A stretch of 64,000 bases of DNA. Source: a bacterium (GTDB taxonomy: Bacteria; Electryoneota; Electryoneia; Electryoneales; Electryoneaceae). The stretch lies in NCBI GenBank assembly GCA_963675295.2, contig CAXXKJ010000002.1, forward strand, positions 2,496,001-2,560,000, in the 5' to 3' direction. The notes below the pieces were generated by a model, which was not told where the DNA came from, ran no database searches, and was given only the letters and a program-made list of their open reading frames with translations. Within the stretch, counting starts at the first letter, position 1; every line of letters starts with the position of its first letter. The position numbers were made by a program, and so were the translations under genes. Shown here in pieces: positions 1-9,203 of the stretch.

Positions 1-8
1 ATTCGAGC

Positions 9-932
9 ATGCGTGCGGACAAACCATTCCTCTCAATCCCTTGCCAGTTTCTGTCGCACGAACACTTCAAGCTGCAGATCCGGGACTTGATTTCAGAGTA
101 TGCGGACGTTTCCGAGCTGCGCGGGCTGGACGCCCTGTTTTCTCAAGTCGGGACGGTGTACCTCGCGGACGTTGACCAGTTGCCGTTACAGCTACAGCCG
201 ATTTTCGCGGAGCAATTGCGCAAGCGGCACAATCCGGAATCGCCGGGCGGTAATCCGCACACCGTACCTCGGTACATCGCGTCGACAAACGAGGACATTA
301 ACCTGCTCGCGACGCGGCAGTTGTTCCGTCACGATCTGTTCCTCGAAATCGCGATTCTGCAGATCGATCTGCCACCATTGCGTCACCGGCGGGAAGACAT
401 CGCGCTGCTGGCCGAGCACATCCTCGGGCAGATGGCGGCAAAATACCGGATCGAGAAGCCGGTCTTGCACATGGACACGCAGCACAAACTGGAACGGTAT
501 CCGTGGCCGGGGAATCTGTCGGAGTTGCGAACGGTGCTGGACCGGGCACTACTGAAGACGAAACGGATTATCAAGCCGGTGCACCTGTTCTTTGATGCGC
601 ACAACTGGTTCCCGATGAACACTCGGGACCGGGACGCGATCATCCGCGTGCTGAACGTGTTCGAGGAAGCGGATTTCCGGATTGGTGCGGCACCCATCGA
701 GCAGCTGATTGTCTTCCTGTTGCAGAAGGATCAGTTACAGTTCAAGGCGTCTGAGCTGGCCGAGATGCTGGATGCCCGGCCGTCAACTGCCCGCAGCTAT
801 TTGACCAATTTACGCGGGCTGGGTTTTGTAAAGAAACACGGCGACCGCAAATCGACGACGTGGAGTGTGAACCAGGCGCGGCTGCTGGGAGAGGAGCCGG
901 GCGAGAAATCGAGTCGTGACGACGAAAGCTAG
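9..932 (+). CDS. Sigma-54-interaction (NtrC-like AAA+) domain regulator with degenerate motifs and C-terminal winged-HTH; probably 5'-truncated by the window edge
   Basis: bEBP motifs RYIASTNEDI, FRHDLF, LPPLRHRREDI, YPWPGNLSEL; C-terminal ASELAEMLDARPSTARSYLTNL HTH; frame is open to the window start. Confidence 0.75.
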   Translation: MRADKPFLSIPCQFLSHEHFKLQIRDLISEYADVSELRGLDALFSQVGTVYLADVDQLPLQLQPIFAEQLRKRHNPESPGGNPHTVPRYIASTNEDINLLATRQLFRHDLFLEIAILQIDLPPLRHRREDIALLAEHILGQMAAKYRIEKPVLHMDTQHKLERYPWPGNLSELRTVLDRALLKTKRIIKPVHLFFDAHNWFPMNTRDRDAIIRVLNVFEEADFRIGAAPIEQLIVFLLQKDQLQFKASELAEMLDARPSTARSYLTNLRGLGFVKKHGDRKSTTWSVNQARLLGEEPGEKSSRDDES

Positions 933-935
933 TAC

Positions 936-996
936 CAGCCTGTGGAATGAACCTGGCTGGCGCAATACCCCCCTGATAGCCTGGCTATAGGCTGGA
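936..996. terminator. Hairpin between convergent genes (possible bidirectional terminator)
   Basis: ccagcctgtgg ... ctataggctgg inverted repeat, with an internal atagcctggctat inverted repeat. Confidence 0.35.
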
Positions 997-999
997 CCA

Positions 1000-3147
1000 T
1001 CATTTCCAGAGCAACCAGCGCACTCCCCAGATCTCGGACCGGTGCATGTTCGGATAACCGGGGATGAACTGGTACGGCGTGCTGCGAAGATTACGCACCC
1101 CGAAGTAGGCCTCGAAATTGAAGATCCGCGCGTTGAGGATGGCGTCGTAGAGGATGGCAGCGTCCTGAGTGTAGGACGATGTCTGGTACTCGCCCCAGTA
1201 GTATGCGTTCACGGTAGCCCGGATGCGCAACTGTCCTTCGTAGTAAAAGTCCATGAAGCGCAGGCTGGCCCAGCCGTACGTCTCAGGCACAGGCGCGGTC
1301 GGGGTGATCGGTTCGGCGTAGGTGAACGACCCGGCGGCGCTGATCGGACCCCAGATCGGTGTCCACGCGTACGCCGAGGTTTCGTACGTGGTGTAGTTGA
1401 CCGTGTTCTTGCGTGTCCACGCGATGTCGGATTCAACGTAGGTGATGATCTGATCCCGCCACTGACGCACGCCGCTCATCACGTAGACTTGCCTGTAGTC
1501 CGGCCAGCCCATGGTCACACCCGCACCAGCGTAGTCCGTTTTCACCGGCTTCAGGGTCGGCTCGCCGTAGTAATAGGTTGTGTAGTCGGGGACGGGGAGG
1601 ATGTCCATCCAGCGATCGGGCGTGCGCACCGACCAGTAGCCGGCCGATTCATCCAGTCCCGGGTAACGCCAACTTGACGAGACCAACCCCAGCACGCGTA
1701 GTGAATCGGTAATGCTGTAGGTTGCGGAGGCAGACCCACCGATCAGCATCGTGTCGTCCACGTCCGTCGTATCCGGTTGCAGGCTGATGGTGGAATACTC
1801 GGTGCGCAGCGATCCTTGTAGCTCGAACGGGCCGAAGGTGTATTGATCCTCCGCGCCAATTCCAGCGGTCAAGCGGCTGGCTTGTGGGTCGATGTTGTTC
1901 TTTCGGCGGTTGAACCGTGCGGCGGTCCGTTCAACGTCCGCACGGACGGCCAGGTTGTGACCGTAAAAGCCAGCAACTCCCTGCTGCGCGCGCAGCCCGA
2001 GACGGTTGCCGTCCTCGTCACCGTACCCGAACCCGCTCTGCGAACGCACATACCACGCCGCAACCTCTCGGTACAGACTGTCACCGGGTTCGCCGGAGGA
2101 GAGGCTGATATCGATGTCATTGCGGTGGAAGCTGGAGGTTTTCGTGTCGAACGCCCGTCCCCAGCGGTCACGAGTTTCCATCCATTGCGCGGATAGGACT
2201 CCGACGTTGCGAATGGTCTGCCGTCCTCCAATGCGCAGGTGGCTGGTGTTGGCGACGGTATTGGCGTAGCGGCCTTGGAATTCGGCGATGTTGACCCCGA
2301 TGTGGTAGGCGAAGGCGTCCGTCAACTGGTTGGCGATACGCCAGTCCGCACGTCCGAGCCCGTACCAGCCTTGACGGTAGACGATCCGTGTGACCGGCAC
2401 GCGTTCATAGACGTACGGTTGCACGAGGTTGATCGTCGGACCGCTGGACATGCGGTATCCTGTCGCGGCGGGCTCGTACTCGGCGATCTGGATCTCTTCC
2501 GGGACAAAGGTGCTGAAGTTCGTCGCGCCGGTGAGCGGATCGTCGAACGGCCGCCCACGGAACCAGACGCCGACGTCACGCGGCGATCCACCGGCCGGGA
2601 CAACATAGAACGGTTGCCCGTAGATGTCCGGATGACGTGGGAAAAGGCCCGGCGCGGTGGTGATTGCCTGTCCGGCGTCACGAAAGGTGTGACGTTGGAA
2701 CTCGCGGTTGGTCAGCTTGAACGAGGTCTGCGAGCGGGTAACGGGTGCCGTCGAATCCGGCGGGATAATGGGGGGCAGCGGTTCCGGAAGCACCACCAGC
2801 GAATCGAGTGCGGCGGCGCTGTCGGCGGGCAGCGTCTCTCCGATCACCCGCAACGTATCGCCGGTCACCGAATCTACAACTACAGATTCCACCTGCAACG
2901 AATCCACCAGCAAGCTGTCGGACACACTGTCCGGTTTGACGACAACTGTGGAATCAGCCGGAGTGGTGGGGTTGCTGGACGGCGGCGGTTCCTGCCCCTG
3001 CGCCAGGTGCATCAGCAGCAGCAACGGGAGCAGCACCGAGAGCACAGAGACAAGCCGGAACCTGCGCCGGATTGATGTGTGCACGGTACGTTTCGCCGGG
3101 GATTCCGGCCCGTGGGTGGACGGTGTTGTGGATTCGTGAGTCCGCAT
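1000..3147 (-). CDS. Outer-membrane beta-barrel protein with TonB-receptor-like plug (putative porin)
   Basis: Signal-like hydrophobic stretch, D/S/T-rich linker, plug-like segment (VWFRGRPFDDPLTG), amphipathic strands, aromatic C-terminal strand WGVRWLLWK. Confidence 0.65.
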   Translation of the reverse strand: MRTHESTTPSTHGPESPAKRTVHTSIRRRFRLVSVLSVLLPLLLLMHLAQGQEPPPSSNPTTPADSTVVVKPDSVSDSLLVDSLQVESVVVDSVTGDTLRVIGETLPADSAAALDSLVVLPEPLPPIIPPDSTAPVTRSQTSFKLTNREFQRHTFRDAGQAITTAPGLFPRHPDIYGQPFYVVPAGGSPRDVGVWFRGRPFDDPLTGATNFSTFVPEEIQIAEYEPAATGYRMSSGPTINLVQPYVYERVPVTRIVYRQGWYGLGRADWRIANQLTDAFAYHIGVNIAEFQGRYANTVANTSHLRIGGRQTIRNVGVLSAQWMETRDRWGRAFDTKTSSFHRNDIDISLSSGEPGDSLYREVAAWYVRSQSGFGYGDEDGNRLGLRAQQGVAGFYGHNLAVRADVERTAARFNRRKNNIDPQASRLTAGIGAEDQYTFGPFELQGSLRTEYSTISLQPDTTDVDDTMLIGGSASATYSITDSLRVLGLVSSSWRYPGLDESAGYWSVRTPDRWMDILPVPDYTTYYYGEPTLKPVKTDYAGAGVTMGWPDYRQVYVMSGVRQWRDQIITYVESDIAWTRKNTVNYTTYETSAYAWTPIWGPISAAGSFTYAEPITPTAPVPETYGWASLRFMDFYYEGQLRIRATVNAYYWGEYQTSSYTQDAAILYDAILNARIFNFEAYFGVRNLRSTPYQFIPGYPNMHRSEIWGVRWLLWK

Positions 3148-3271
3148 CGCGCAGAATATACATGCGGCTGTATCCTGATGCTGCTTGCTGAGGTCTCGCG
3201 GGCACGCCCCGAGCGGCAGAAAACAAAGAACGGGCGGGGGCGAACAGGTCTCCGAGTGGGTCGGGAACAGC

Positions 3272-3300
3272 TTGACTCTTTGGTAGTGGAATCCTATACT
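3272..3300 (+). promoter_or_regulatory. Sigma70-type promoter of groESL
   Basis: TTGACT-17 nt-TATACT immediately upstream of the CIRCE. Confidence 0.8.
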
Positions 3301-3310
3301 TTCGCCCTTG

Positions 3311-3337
3311 TTAGCACTCGCCTCGAATGAGTGCTAA
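3311..3337 (+). promoter_or_regulatory. CIRCE element (HrcA operator)
   Basis: Perfect TTAGCACTC-N9-GAGTGCTAA upstream of groES. Confidence 0.97.
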
Positions 3338-3469
3338 CAGAAAAGCTAGTTCATACATTTCATATAGTTACGACGAACCGCAGTCTTGGTAAATCGGTCA
3401 CCGACTCATTTCCCGGGTGGATTCGTCAAAAAAGTGCAAACCGATTCGATTGATGGAGGAAGCATCACG

Positions 3470-3769
3470 ATGAACGTGCGTCCGATTGACGAGCGTGTGT
3501 TGCTCAAGGTAGTGGAGAAGGATGAAAAGACCTCCGGCGGCATCATCATTCCGGATACCGTCAGCAAGGAACGTCCTCAGATCGGCGAAGTCGTTGCCCT
3601 CGGTGATGACATCGTCAACAAGGATCTCGAGCGCAAGCCGCTGTCGCAGATTGTCAGCGTTGGCGACCAGGTGCTGTTCGCGAAGTACGGCGGCACGGAA
3701 GTCACTGTTGACGACGAAGAGTTCCTGTTGGTCAACCGCAGCGACATTCTCGGTGTGATCGAGAAGTAA
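3470..3769 (+). CDS. groES: Co-chaperonin GroES
   Basis: MNVRPIDERVL...TSGGIIIPDT...VGDQVLFAKYGGTEV; GGAGG RBS before the ATG at 3470. Confidence 0.97.
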   Translation: MNVRPIDERVLLKVVEKDEKTSGGIIIPDTVSKERPQIGEVVALGDDIVNKDLERKPLSQIVSVGDQVLFAKYGGTEVTVDDEEFLLVNRSDILGVIEK

Positions 3770-3873
3770 CTTTGCCACCCCGTTCATTTTCGGATTGTTT
3801 CCCCGGATTGAAGTCCGCGGAAGTGATGAACGACAAAGAGATGTAGTTAAGAAAGTCTAAGGAGATAGAAAAG

Positions 3874-5508
3874 ATGGCTCACAAGATCCTTGCTTTTGAT
3901 CTCGAAGCCCGCAATGGTCTCAAGGCTGGTGTCGACCAGCTCGCGAGGGCAGTGAAGGTTACCCTCGGCCCGCGTGGCCGCAATGTTATTCTCGACAAGA
4001 AGTTCGGCGCCCCGACCGTCACCAAGGACGGCGTTTCGGTTGCGAAGGAAATCGAGCTCGAGGATCCGATTGAGAATATGGGCGCCCAGATGGTGCGCGA
4101 GGTTGCCTCGAAGACCTCGGATGTCGCTGGTGATGGTACCACCACCGCGACCGTGCTCGCCCAGGCGATCCTGAGCGAAGGTCTGCGCAACGTCGTCGCC
4201 GGCGCGAACCCGCTGATGCTGAAGCGTGGCATCGACAAGGCTGTCCGTGTCGTGGTTGACGAGCTGCACAAGCAGATGGTTGAAGTTGGTGGCAGCAAGG
4301 ACCGCATTGCGCAGGTCGGCGCGATTTCCGCCAACAACGACAGCGAAATCGGCAACCTGATCGCCGACGCGATGGAGAAGGTTGGTAACGACGGCGTGAT
4401 CACCGTTGAAGAAGCCAAGTCGATCGAGACGAGCCTCGAAGTCGTCGAAGGCATGCAGTTCGATCGTGGCTACCTGAGCCCGTATTTCGTCACCGATCCG
4501 GACAACATGGAATCGATCCATGACGATCCGATGATCCTGATCTACGACAAGAAGATCAGCGTGATGAAGGACCTGCTGCCGATCCTCGAGAAGGTCGCGC
4601 AGATGGGCAAGGCGTTGATCATCATCTCGGAAGACGTCGAAGGCGAAGCGCTTGCGACGTTGGTCGTGAACAAGATCCGTGGCACCCTGAAGATCGCCGC
4701 CGTCAAGGCTCCGGGCTTCGGTGACCGCCGCAAGGCGATGCTTGAGGATATCGCGATCCTGACCGGTGGCCGTGTGATCAGCGAAGATGCCGGCCTGAAG
4801 CTGGAAAACACCCAGCTCAGCGACCTCGGTTCCGCCAAGCGCGTGACCATGACCAAGGACAACACGACGATCGTCGAAGGTGCCGGCGAAGCTTCCGACA
4901 TCCAGGGCCGCATCGAGCAGATCAAGAAGCAGATCGAAGCGACCACGTCCGACTACGACCGTGAGAAGCTGCAGGAACGTCTCGCGAAGTTGGCCGGTGG
5001 TGTTGCCGTGCTGAACATCGGCGCCGCCACGGAAGTCGAGATGAAGGAGAAGAAGGCGCGTGTTGAAGACGCCCTGCACGCGACCCGTGCGGCGGTGGAA
5101 GAAGGCATCGTCGCTGGTGGTGGTGTTGCCCTGATCCGTGCGCAGAAGGCCCTTGAGGGTCATAAGTTCGATGGTGACGAAGACACCGGCCGGATGATCA
5201 TTCTGCGTGCGATCGAAGAGCCGCTGCGTCAGATCGCTGGCAACGCTGGTTTCGAAGGCGCTGTCGTCGTGCAGAAGGTACGCGAGAACGCATCCGCGTC
5301 TTATGGATTCAACGCGCTGACCGGCGAATTCGAAGACATGATGGAAGCGGGCATCATCGACCCGACCAAGGTCACCCGTTCCGCGCTCGAGAACGCCGCG
5401 TCGGTCGCCAGCGTGCTGGTGATGAGCGAAGCGGTTGTTTACGAAGCGAAGGAAGACAGCCCGGCTCCGGCGATGCCAGCCGGTGGCATGGGCGGCGGGA
5501 TGTACTAA
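3874..5508 (+). CDS. groEL: Chaperonin GroEL
   Basis: [25 protein letters not shown] tail. Confidence 0.99.
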   Translation: MAHKILAFDLEARNGLKAGVDQLARAVKVTLGPRGRNVILDKKFGAPTVTKDGVSVAKEIELEDPIENMGAQMVREVASKTSDVAGDGTTTATVLAQAILSEGLRNVVAGANPLMLKRGIDKAVRVVVDELHKQMVEVGGSKDRIAQVGAISANNDSEIGNLIADAMEKVGNDGVITVEEAKSIETSLEVVEGMQFDRGYLSPYFVTDPDNMESIHDDPMILIYDKKISVMKDLLPILEKVAQMGKALIIISEDVEGEALATLVVNKIRGTLKIAAVKAPGFGDRRKAMLEDIAILTGGRVISEDAGLKLENTQLSDLGSAKRVTMTKDNTTIVEGAGEASDIQGRIEQIKKQIEATTSDYDREKLQERLAKLAGGVAVLNIGAATEVEMKEKKARVEDALHATRAAVEEGIVAGGGVALIRAQKALEGHKFDGDEDTGRMIILRAIEEPLRQIAGNAGFEGAVVVQKVRENASASYGFNALTGEFEDMMEAGIIDPTKVTRSALENAASVASVLVMSEAVVYEAKEDSPAPAMPAGGMGGGMY

Positions 5509-5555
5509 GCTACGTTTCGGCGAATGTTAAGTATTCGCCAAGTATCGCCTGAATG

Positions 5556-5591
5556 CAAAGGACCGATCCGTACAGGGTCGGTCCTTTTGTT
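5556..5591 (+). terminator. Rho-independent terminator of groESL
   Basis: aaaggaccgatc-loop-ggtcggtcctttt. Confidence 0.8.
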
Positions 5592-6074
5592 GCAGATCCC
5601 GAGACCGGTAGCAGTTCTGAAACGGATGGCAGAACGGTTATAATCACAGTTGCTACGACGCCTGTAGTGGTTGATAAATCCCATGAATTCCATGGAGGTC
5701 GCTGATTGTACAAGTCGCCTAGCGATAAAATCGAAACGTGAAGCCAGGAAATCCTCGCAATTCTTAAAGCTTGGAAATGTACAAGAAATAGCGAAATACC
5801 TTCTTAAGTTTTCGGGATACGTTTTACAGAGTGTCCCGCTTCTTATGTCTGAAACACGAAAGATCCGGAACATTGTGGTACTTCATTTGCAATACGGCTC
5901 GAAGAGTCGAAAACACGAATGTGTGACGCAAGACACTTGGATCTGCGCTGCGTTCGGTGTATTGTTGGTTCTGTAAGTTAGGAATGCCTATCAGAGGACC
6001 CGGCGCTCACCGGACTGATATGGTCGATCAACGTAGAACCTGCCACGGCGCAGGGATTTTTGGAGGATGTTACG

Positions 6075-6908
6075 ATGAAGAAACTGAGTGTGTTTTCTTT
6101 CCTTGTGCTGCTGTTGGGCTTGTCGATCCTGCCGGTTTCGTCGTTCGCGGAGACGAATCCGCAGACTGAAACGGCGTGGGCGGGTGAGTATGAATTCCCG
6201 GGCAGTAACTGGGCGCTGTATTTCACCAAGATGATCCATTGCAACCCCGGTTGCGCGAATCTCGATACCTACACGCTGTGGGGCGGCCAGAACATCAATG
6301 TTGGCACGGTCAAGGTGATCAACCAGCCGTTCGGGAACGACATCTTTGTCCAGATCGAAACCCACGATGGGTGGAAGATGATCGAAACGCATGTTGGTTT
6401 CGGCAACGATCTTGAGGACATCCCCCAGAACGGTGGCGGCAACCCGATCCCCGGCCAGTTCCAGATCAATGAAACTCATGATCCTGGCGTCACGATCGTG
6501 ACGTACCAGATCCCGGTACCGGATGGCTACTGCGGTTTTGAAGGCTACATCGCGACGCATGCCGTCGTGCAGCAGGGTGGCAATGTCCAGTCGCAGCGCG
6601 GCGAGCAGATGGATGTCTTTGCGGCGTCCGAGTCGCTGCCGGCGACGTACGAACTGGCGCAGCCGTACCCGAACCCGTTCAACGCGTCCGCGACAGTCAG
6701 CGTGAACCTGCCGGAAGCGGCTCCGCTGACGGTTGAAGTGTTCAGCGTGACCGGTCAGAAGGTTGCGACGTTGGCCAATGGCGTGGTTGGTGCCGGCCAG
6801 CATGAGCTGCACTTCAACGCGACGAACCTCGCTAGCGGTGTGTACTTTGTGCACGCGATGGTTCCGGGTCACCTGAACGAGATGAAGAAGGTGATGCTGG
6901 TTCGTTGA
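6075..6908 (+). CDS. Secreted protein with T9SS type-A-like C-terminal sorting domain
   Basis: Signal peptide MKKLSVFSFL...; C-terminal YPNPFN...VFSVTGQKV...LASGVYFV...KKVMLVR. Confidence 0.85.
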   Translation: MKKLSVFSFLVLLLGLSILPVSSFAETNPQTETAWAGEYEFPGSNWALYFTKMIHCNPGCANLDTYTLWGGQNINVGTVKVINQPFGNDIFVQIETHDGWKMIETHVGFGNDLEDIPQNGGGNPIPGQFQINETHDPGVTIVTYQIPVPDGYCGFEGYIATHAVVQQGGNVQSQRGEQMDVFAASESLPATYELAQPYPNPFNASATVSVNLPEAAPLTVEVFSVTGQKVATLANGVVGAGQHELHFNATNLASGVYFVHAMVPGHLNEMKKVMLVR

Positions 6909-6943
6909 TACGGCGAAGTTGCACAAACGCAGAAGAAACAACG

Positions 6944-6979
6944 ATGCCACGGGTTACGATCCGTGGCATTTTCATTTTT
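6944..6979 (+). terminator. Rho-independent terminator
   Basis: atgccacgg-loop-ccgtggcat followed by a T-rich tract. Confidence 0.75.
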
Positions 6980-6996
6980 GGTACCGATTCTTTTCC

Positions 6997-7271
6997 TCAG
7001 ACCGTAGTCCTCAGTAGTCAATCGTCAGTTGTCAGTGTGTGCCCCGACCAGCTTGCTGGTCGGGATTGTCCGCTGGTAGCCAAGTAGGTCAGGCCCGCAT
7101 TGTCGGAACGCCAACAGGGGCATGATGCCGTTTTGACCGGTTGATCAACTTGAATCCAGATCCTTCATCCGATACTGCCGGATTCAGGATGACACCCTGC
7201 CTGCGATGCGTGTTCAGGGATTCATGCCTCGCGGCCAATAGATCGAAGTCCGTAGACAGCAGTCCGCAGCC
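6997..7271. repeat. Intergenic cluster of heptamer arrays and REP-like palindromes
   Basis: TCAGTNN-type array 6997-7038; palindrome cccgaccagc-tt-gctggtcggg 7043-7064; agatccttc...caggatgaca unit 7158-7194; degenerate 7-mer array 7237-7271. Confidence 0.55.
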
Positions 7272-7282
7272 CATGATTCGGT

Positions 7283-8722
7283 TCATTTTTCCCAATACGT
7301 CTTTGTCAGCAGCACGAGCACGGTGTACAGCTCGAGACGGCCGGCGATCATCAGGAAGGAGAGGATCCACTTGGCGAGCATCGGCATGTGGGCGTAATTC
7401 TCGGCGGGTCCGACCTCACCCAAGCCCGGGCCGATGTTGCTGAGGCAGGCGATGGTGCCGATCATCGAGGTCATGTGGTCGACGCCGAGCAGTGCCAGTG
7501 CGAAGGTTCCTGTCGCGAACAGCAGGGCGTAGAGCAGGAAGAACGCGAGCACATTCTGCACGATGTTCGCGCTCAGCACTTTGCGTCCCATGCGAATCTT
7601 GTAGATCGTGTTCGGATGGATCAGACGATGCAGTTCGATCCGTGCCTGTTTAAACAGGATCATCACGCGCACGGCTTTCATCCCGCCGCCGGTGGATCCG
7701 GCCATCCCACCCATCAGCATCAGCGCGACCAGCAGGATTTGCGGGAAAAAGTGCCACAGCTCGAAGTCGGCGGTGGCGTAGCCTGTCGTGGTGCCAATGG
7801 ATACGGTCTGGAAGGCAGCTTCGCGCAGGGCGAGGAGGAACGGCAACCCGTCCAGCAGACGGAACCCGGTTATAACCAGGCTTGCGATCACCATCACGCC
7901 GAGGAAGAAGCGGAATTCGACACTCTGCCAGTACCGTTTGATCTGCCCGCGCATGGCGTAATAGTGCAGGCTGAAGTTGACCCCAGCGATGAACATGAAC
8001 AGTGTGATGATCCAGTCGAAGTAGGCCGACTGGTAGTGCCCGATGGAGGCGTTTTTCGTCGAAAACCCGCCGGTCGCCATGGTGCCGAACGCATGGCACG
8101 CGGAGTCGAACCAGTCCATCCCGCCGAGCATCAGCAGGCCGATTTCCGCAGCTGTGAGGATAACGTAAACCACCCAGAGGATTTCAGCAGTCCCGCGGAT
8201 GCGTGGGGTAAGCTTGTCTGCGGTTGGTCCGGGCGATTCAGCTTTGAACATCTGCATCCCGCCAACGCCGAGAAACGGGAGGATGGCGATGGAGAAGACG
8301 ATAATCCCCATGCCGCCGATCCAGTGGGTGAAGCTGCGCCAGAAGAGGACGCCGTGCGGCAATCCCTCGATCTCGGTCAGGATTGACGCTCCGGTGGTGG
8401 TGAAACCGCTGGCGGATTCAAAAAATGCGTTGGTGACGGAGGGAATCGCGCCGGTAAACAGGAACGGTAGCATCCCAGCGAGACTGATTGAAAGCCAGCC
8501 GAAGGTGACGACGGCAAACCCTTCGCGGATATCGAGGTCGCGGTGTTTGCGGTTGAACCAGATGAACGCGAGACCAGTCAGCGCGGTGACGCCTGCCGCG
8601 GCGAGAATGCCGAGCGCGTCACCGTCTCCATAGATCAGTGCCACTCCGACCGACAGCAGCATCGATGCGGCGACGAAGACGAGGATAAAACCGATGGTTC
8701 GTAATGTGGCGCGATAGTTCAT
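7283..8722 (-). CDS. trkH: Trk potassium uptake membrane subunit
   Basis: FESASGFTTTGAS, HWIGGMGI, ATGGFS, GSTGGGMK, GRLE motifs. Confidence 0.96.
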   Translation of the reverse strand: MNYRATLRTIGFILVFVAASMLLSVGVALIYGDGDALGILAAAGVTALTGLAFIWFNRKHRDLDIREGFAVVTFGWLSISLAGMLPFLFTGAIPSVTNAFFESASGFTTTGASILTEIEGLPHGVLFWRSFTHWIGGMGIIVFSIAILPFLGVGGMQMFKAESPGPTADKLTPRIRGTAEILWVVYVILTAAEIGLLMLGGMDWFDSACHAFGTMATGGFSTKNASIGHYQSAYFDWIITLFMFIAGVNFSLHYYAMRGQIKRYWQSVEFRFFLGVMVIASLVITGFRLLDGLPFLLALREAAFQTVSIGTTTGYATADFELWHFFPQILLVALMLMGGMAGSTGGGMKAVRVMILFKQARIELHRLIHPNTIYKIRMGRKVLSANIVQNVLAFFLLYALLFATGTFALALLGVDHMTSMIGTIACLSNIGPGLGEVGPAENYAHMPMLAKWILSFLMIAGRLELYTVLVLLTKTYWEK

Positions 8723-8725
8723 TGC

Positions 8726-8760
8726 AGAGGAATGAGGTATGAGGTATGAGGCCTGAGGTA
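8726..8760. repeat. Heptamer tandem array (TGAGGNN x5), left arm
   Basis: agaggaa tgaggta tgaggta tgaggcc tgaggta. Confidence 0.9.
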
Positions 8761-8770
8761 AAACATCGGA

Positions 8771-9145
8771 TCACCCTTTTTCAATCTCTAACCGAGCACC
8801 GAAAGATCGAATATAACCACGTAACGTTTTGATTGTTTCAGTGATCATTGTATTGATCTGAGAAAAAACAGCTTCTTCCGTGAACTTCAACCTGTAGGCC
8901 AGGGACCACTGGTACTCGACCTCGCGAAGTGAAGCAAAAGCTGTGTGAAGGAATCGCAACGTATCTTGATCTGTCGGTCTGCCAAAGCCCTCTACGATAT
9001 TAGACGGAACCGAAACAGCTGCCCTTCGAATTTGTGAGACAAGTCCAAACCTTTCATCCGACGGAAACTGCCTGGTTGCCTGATAGATCTCGACTGTGAG
9101 AGTGTCTGCCAGCTGAAACGCCTTTAGTGAACGATGATCTCTCAT
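8771..9145 (-). CDS. Four-helix-bundle protein (23S rRNA intervening-sequence protein family, Avd-like fold)
   Basis: FPSDERFGLVSQIRRAAVSVPSNIVEG family signature; strong AAGGAG RBS; visibly AT-richer than its neighbours. Confidence 0.92.
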   Translation of the reverse strand: MRDHRSLKAFQLADTLTVEIYQATRQFPSDERFGLVSQIRRAAVSVPSNIVEGFGRPTDQDTLRFLHTAFASLREVEYQWSLAYRLKFTEEAVFSQINTMITETIKTLRGYIRSFGARLEIEKG

Positions 9146-9162
9146 TATGGATCTCCTTTCTT

Positions 9163-9197
9163 TTCCTCACGCCTCACACCTCACACCTCATACCTCA
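9163..9197. repeat. Heptamer tandem array (NNCCTCA x5), right arm, inverted relative to 8726-8760
   Basis: ttcctca cgcctca cacctca cacctca tacctca. Confidence 0.9.
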
Positions 9198-9203
9198 AGC
9201 CTG

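Noticed and set aside
3847-5163. Long antisense ORFs opposite groEL (also opposite trkA, serS, guaB, purL and glgP)
   Set aside because: Shadow frames caused by high-GC codon bias on the real genes; no recognisable motifs.
5592-6070. AT-richer 480-bp gap with short ORFs after groEL
   Set aside because: No credible protein or RNA motif; probably a promoter region.
8771-9145. Diversity-generating retroelement, suggested by the Avd-like fold
   Set aside because: No reverse transcriptase or TR/VR repeat pair is visible in the window.
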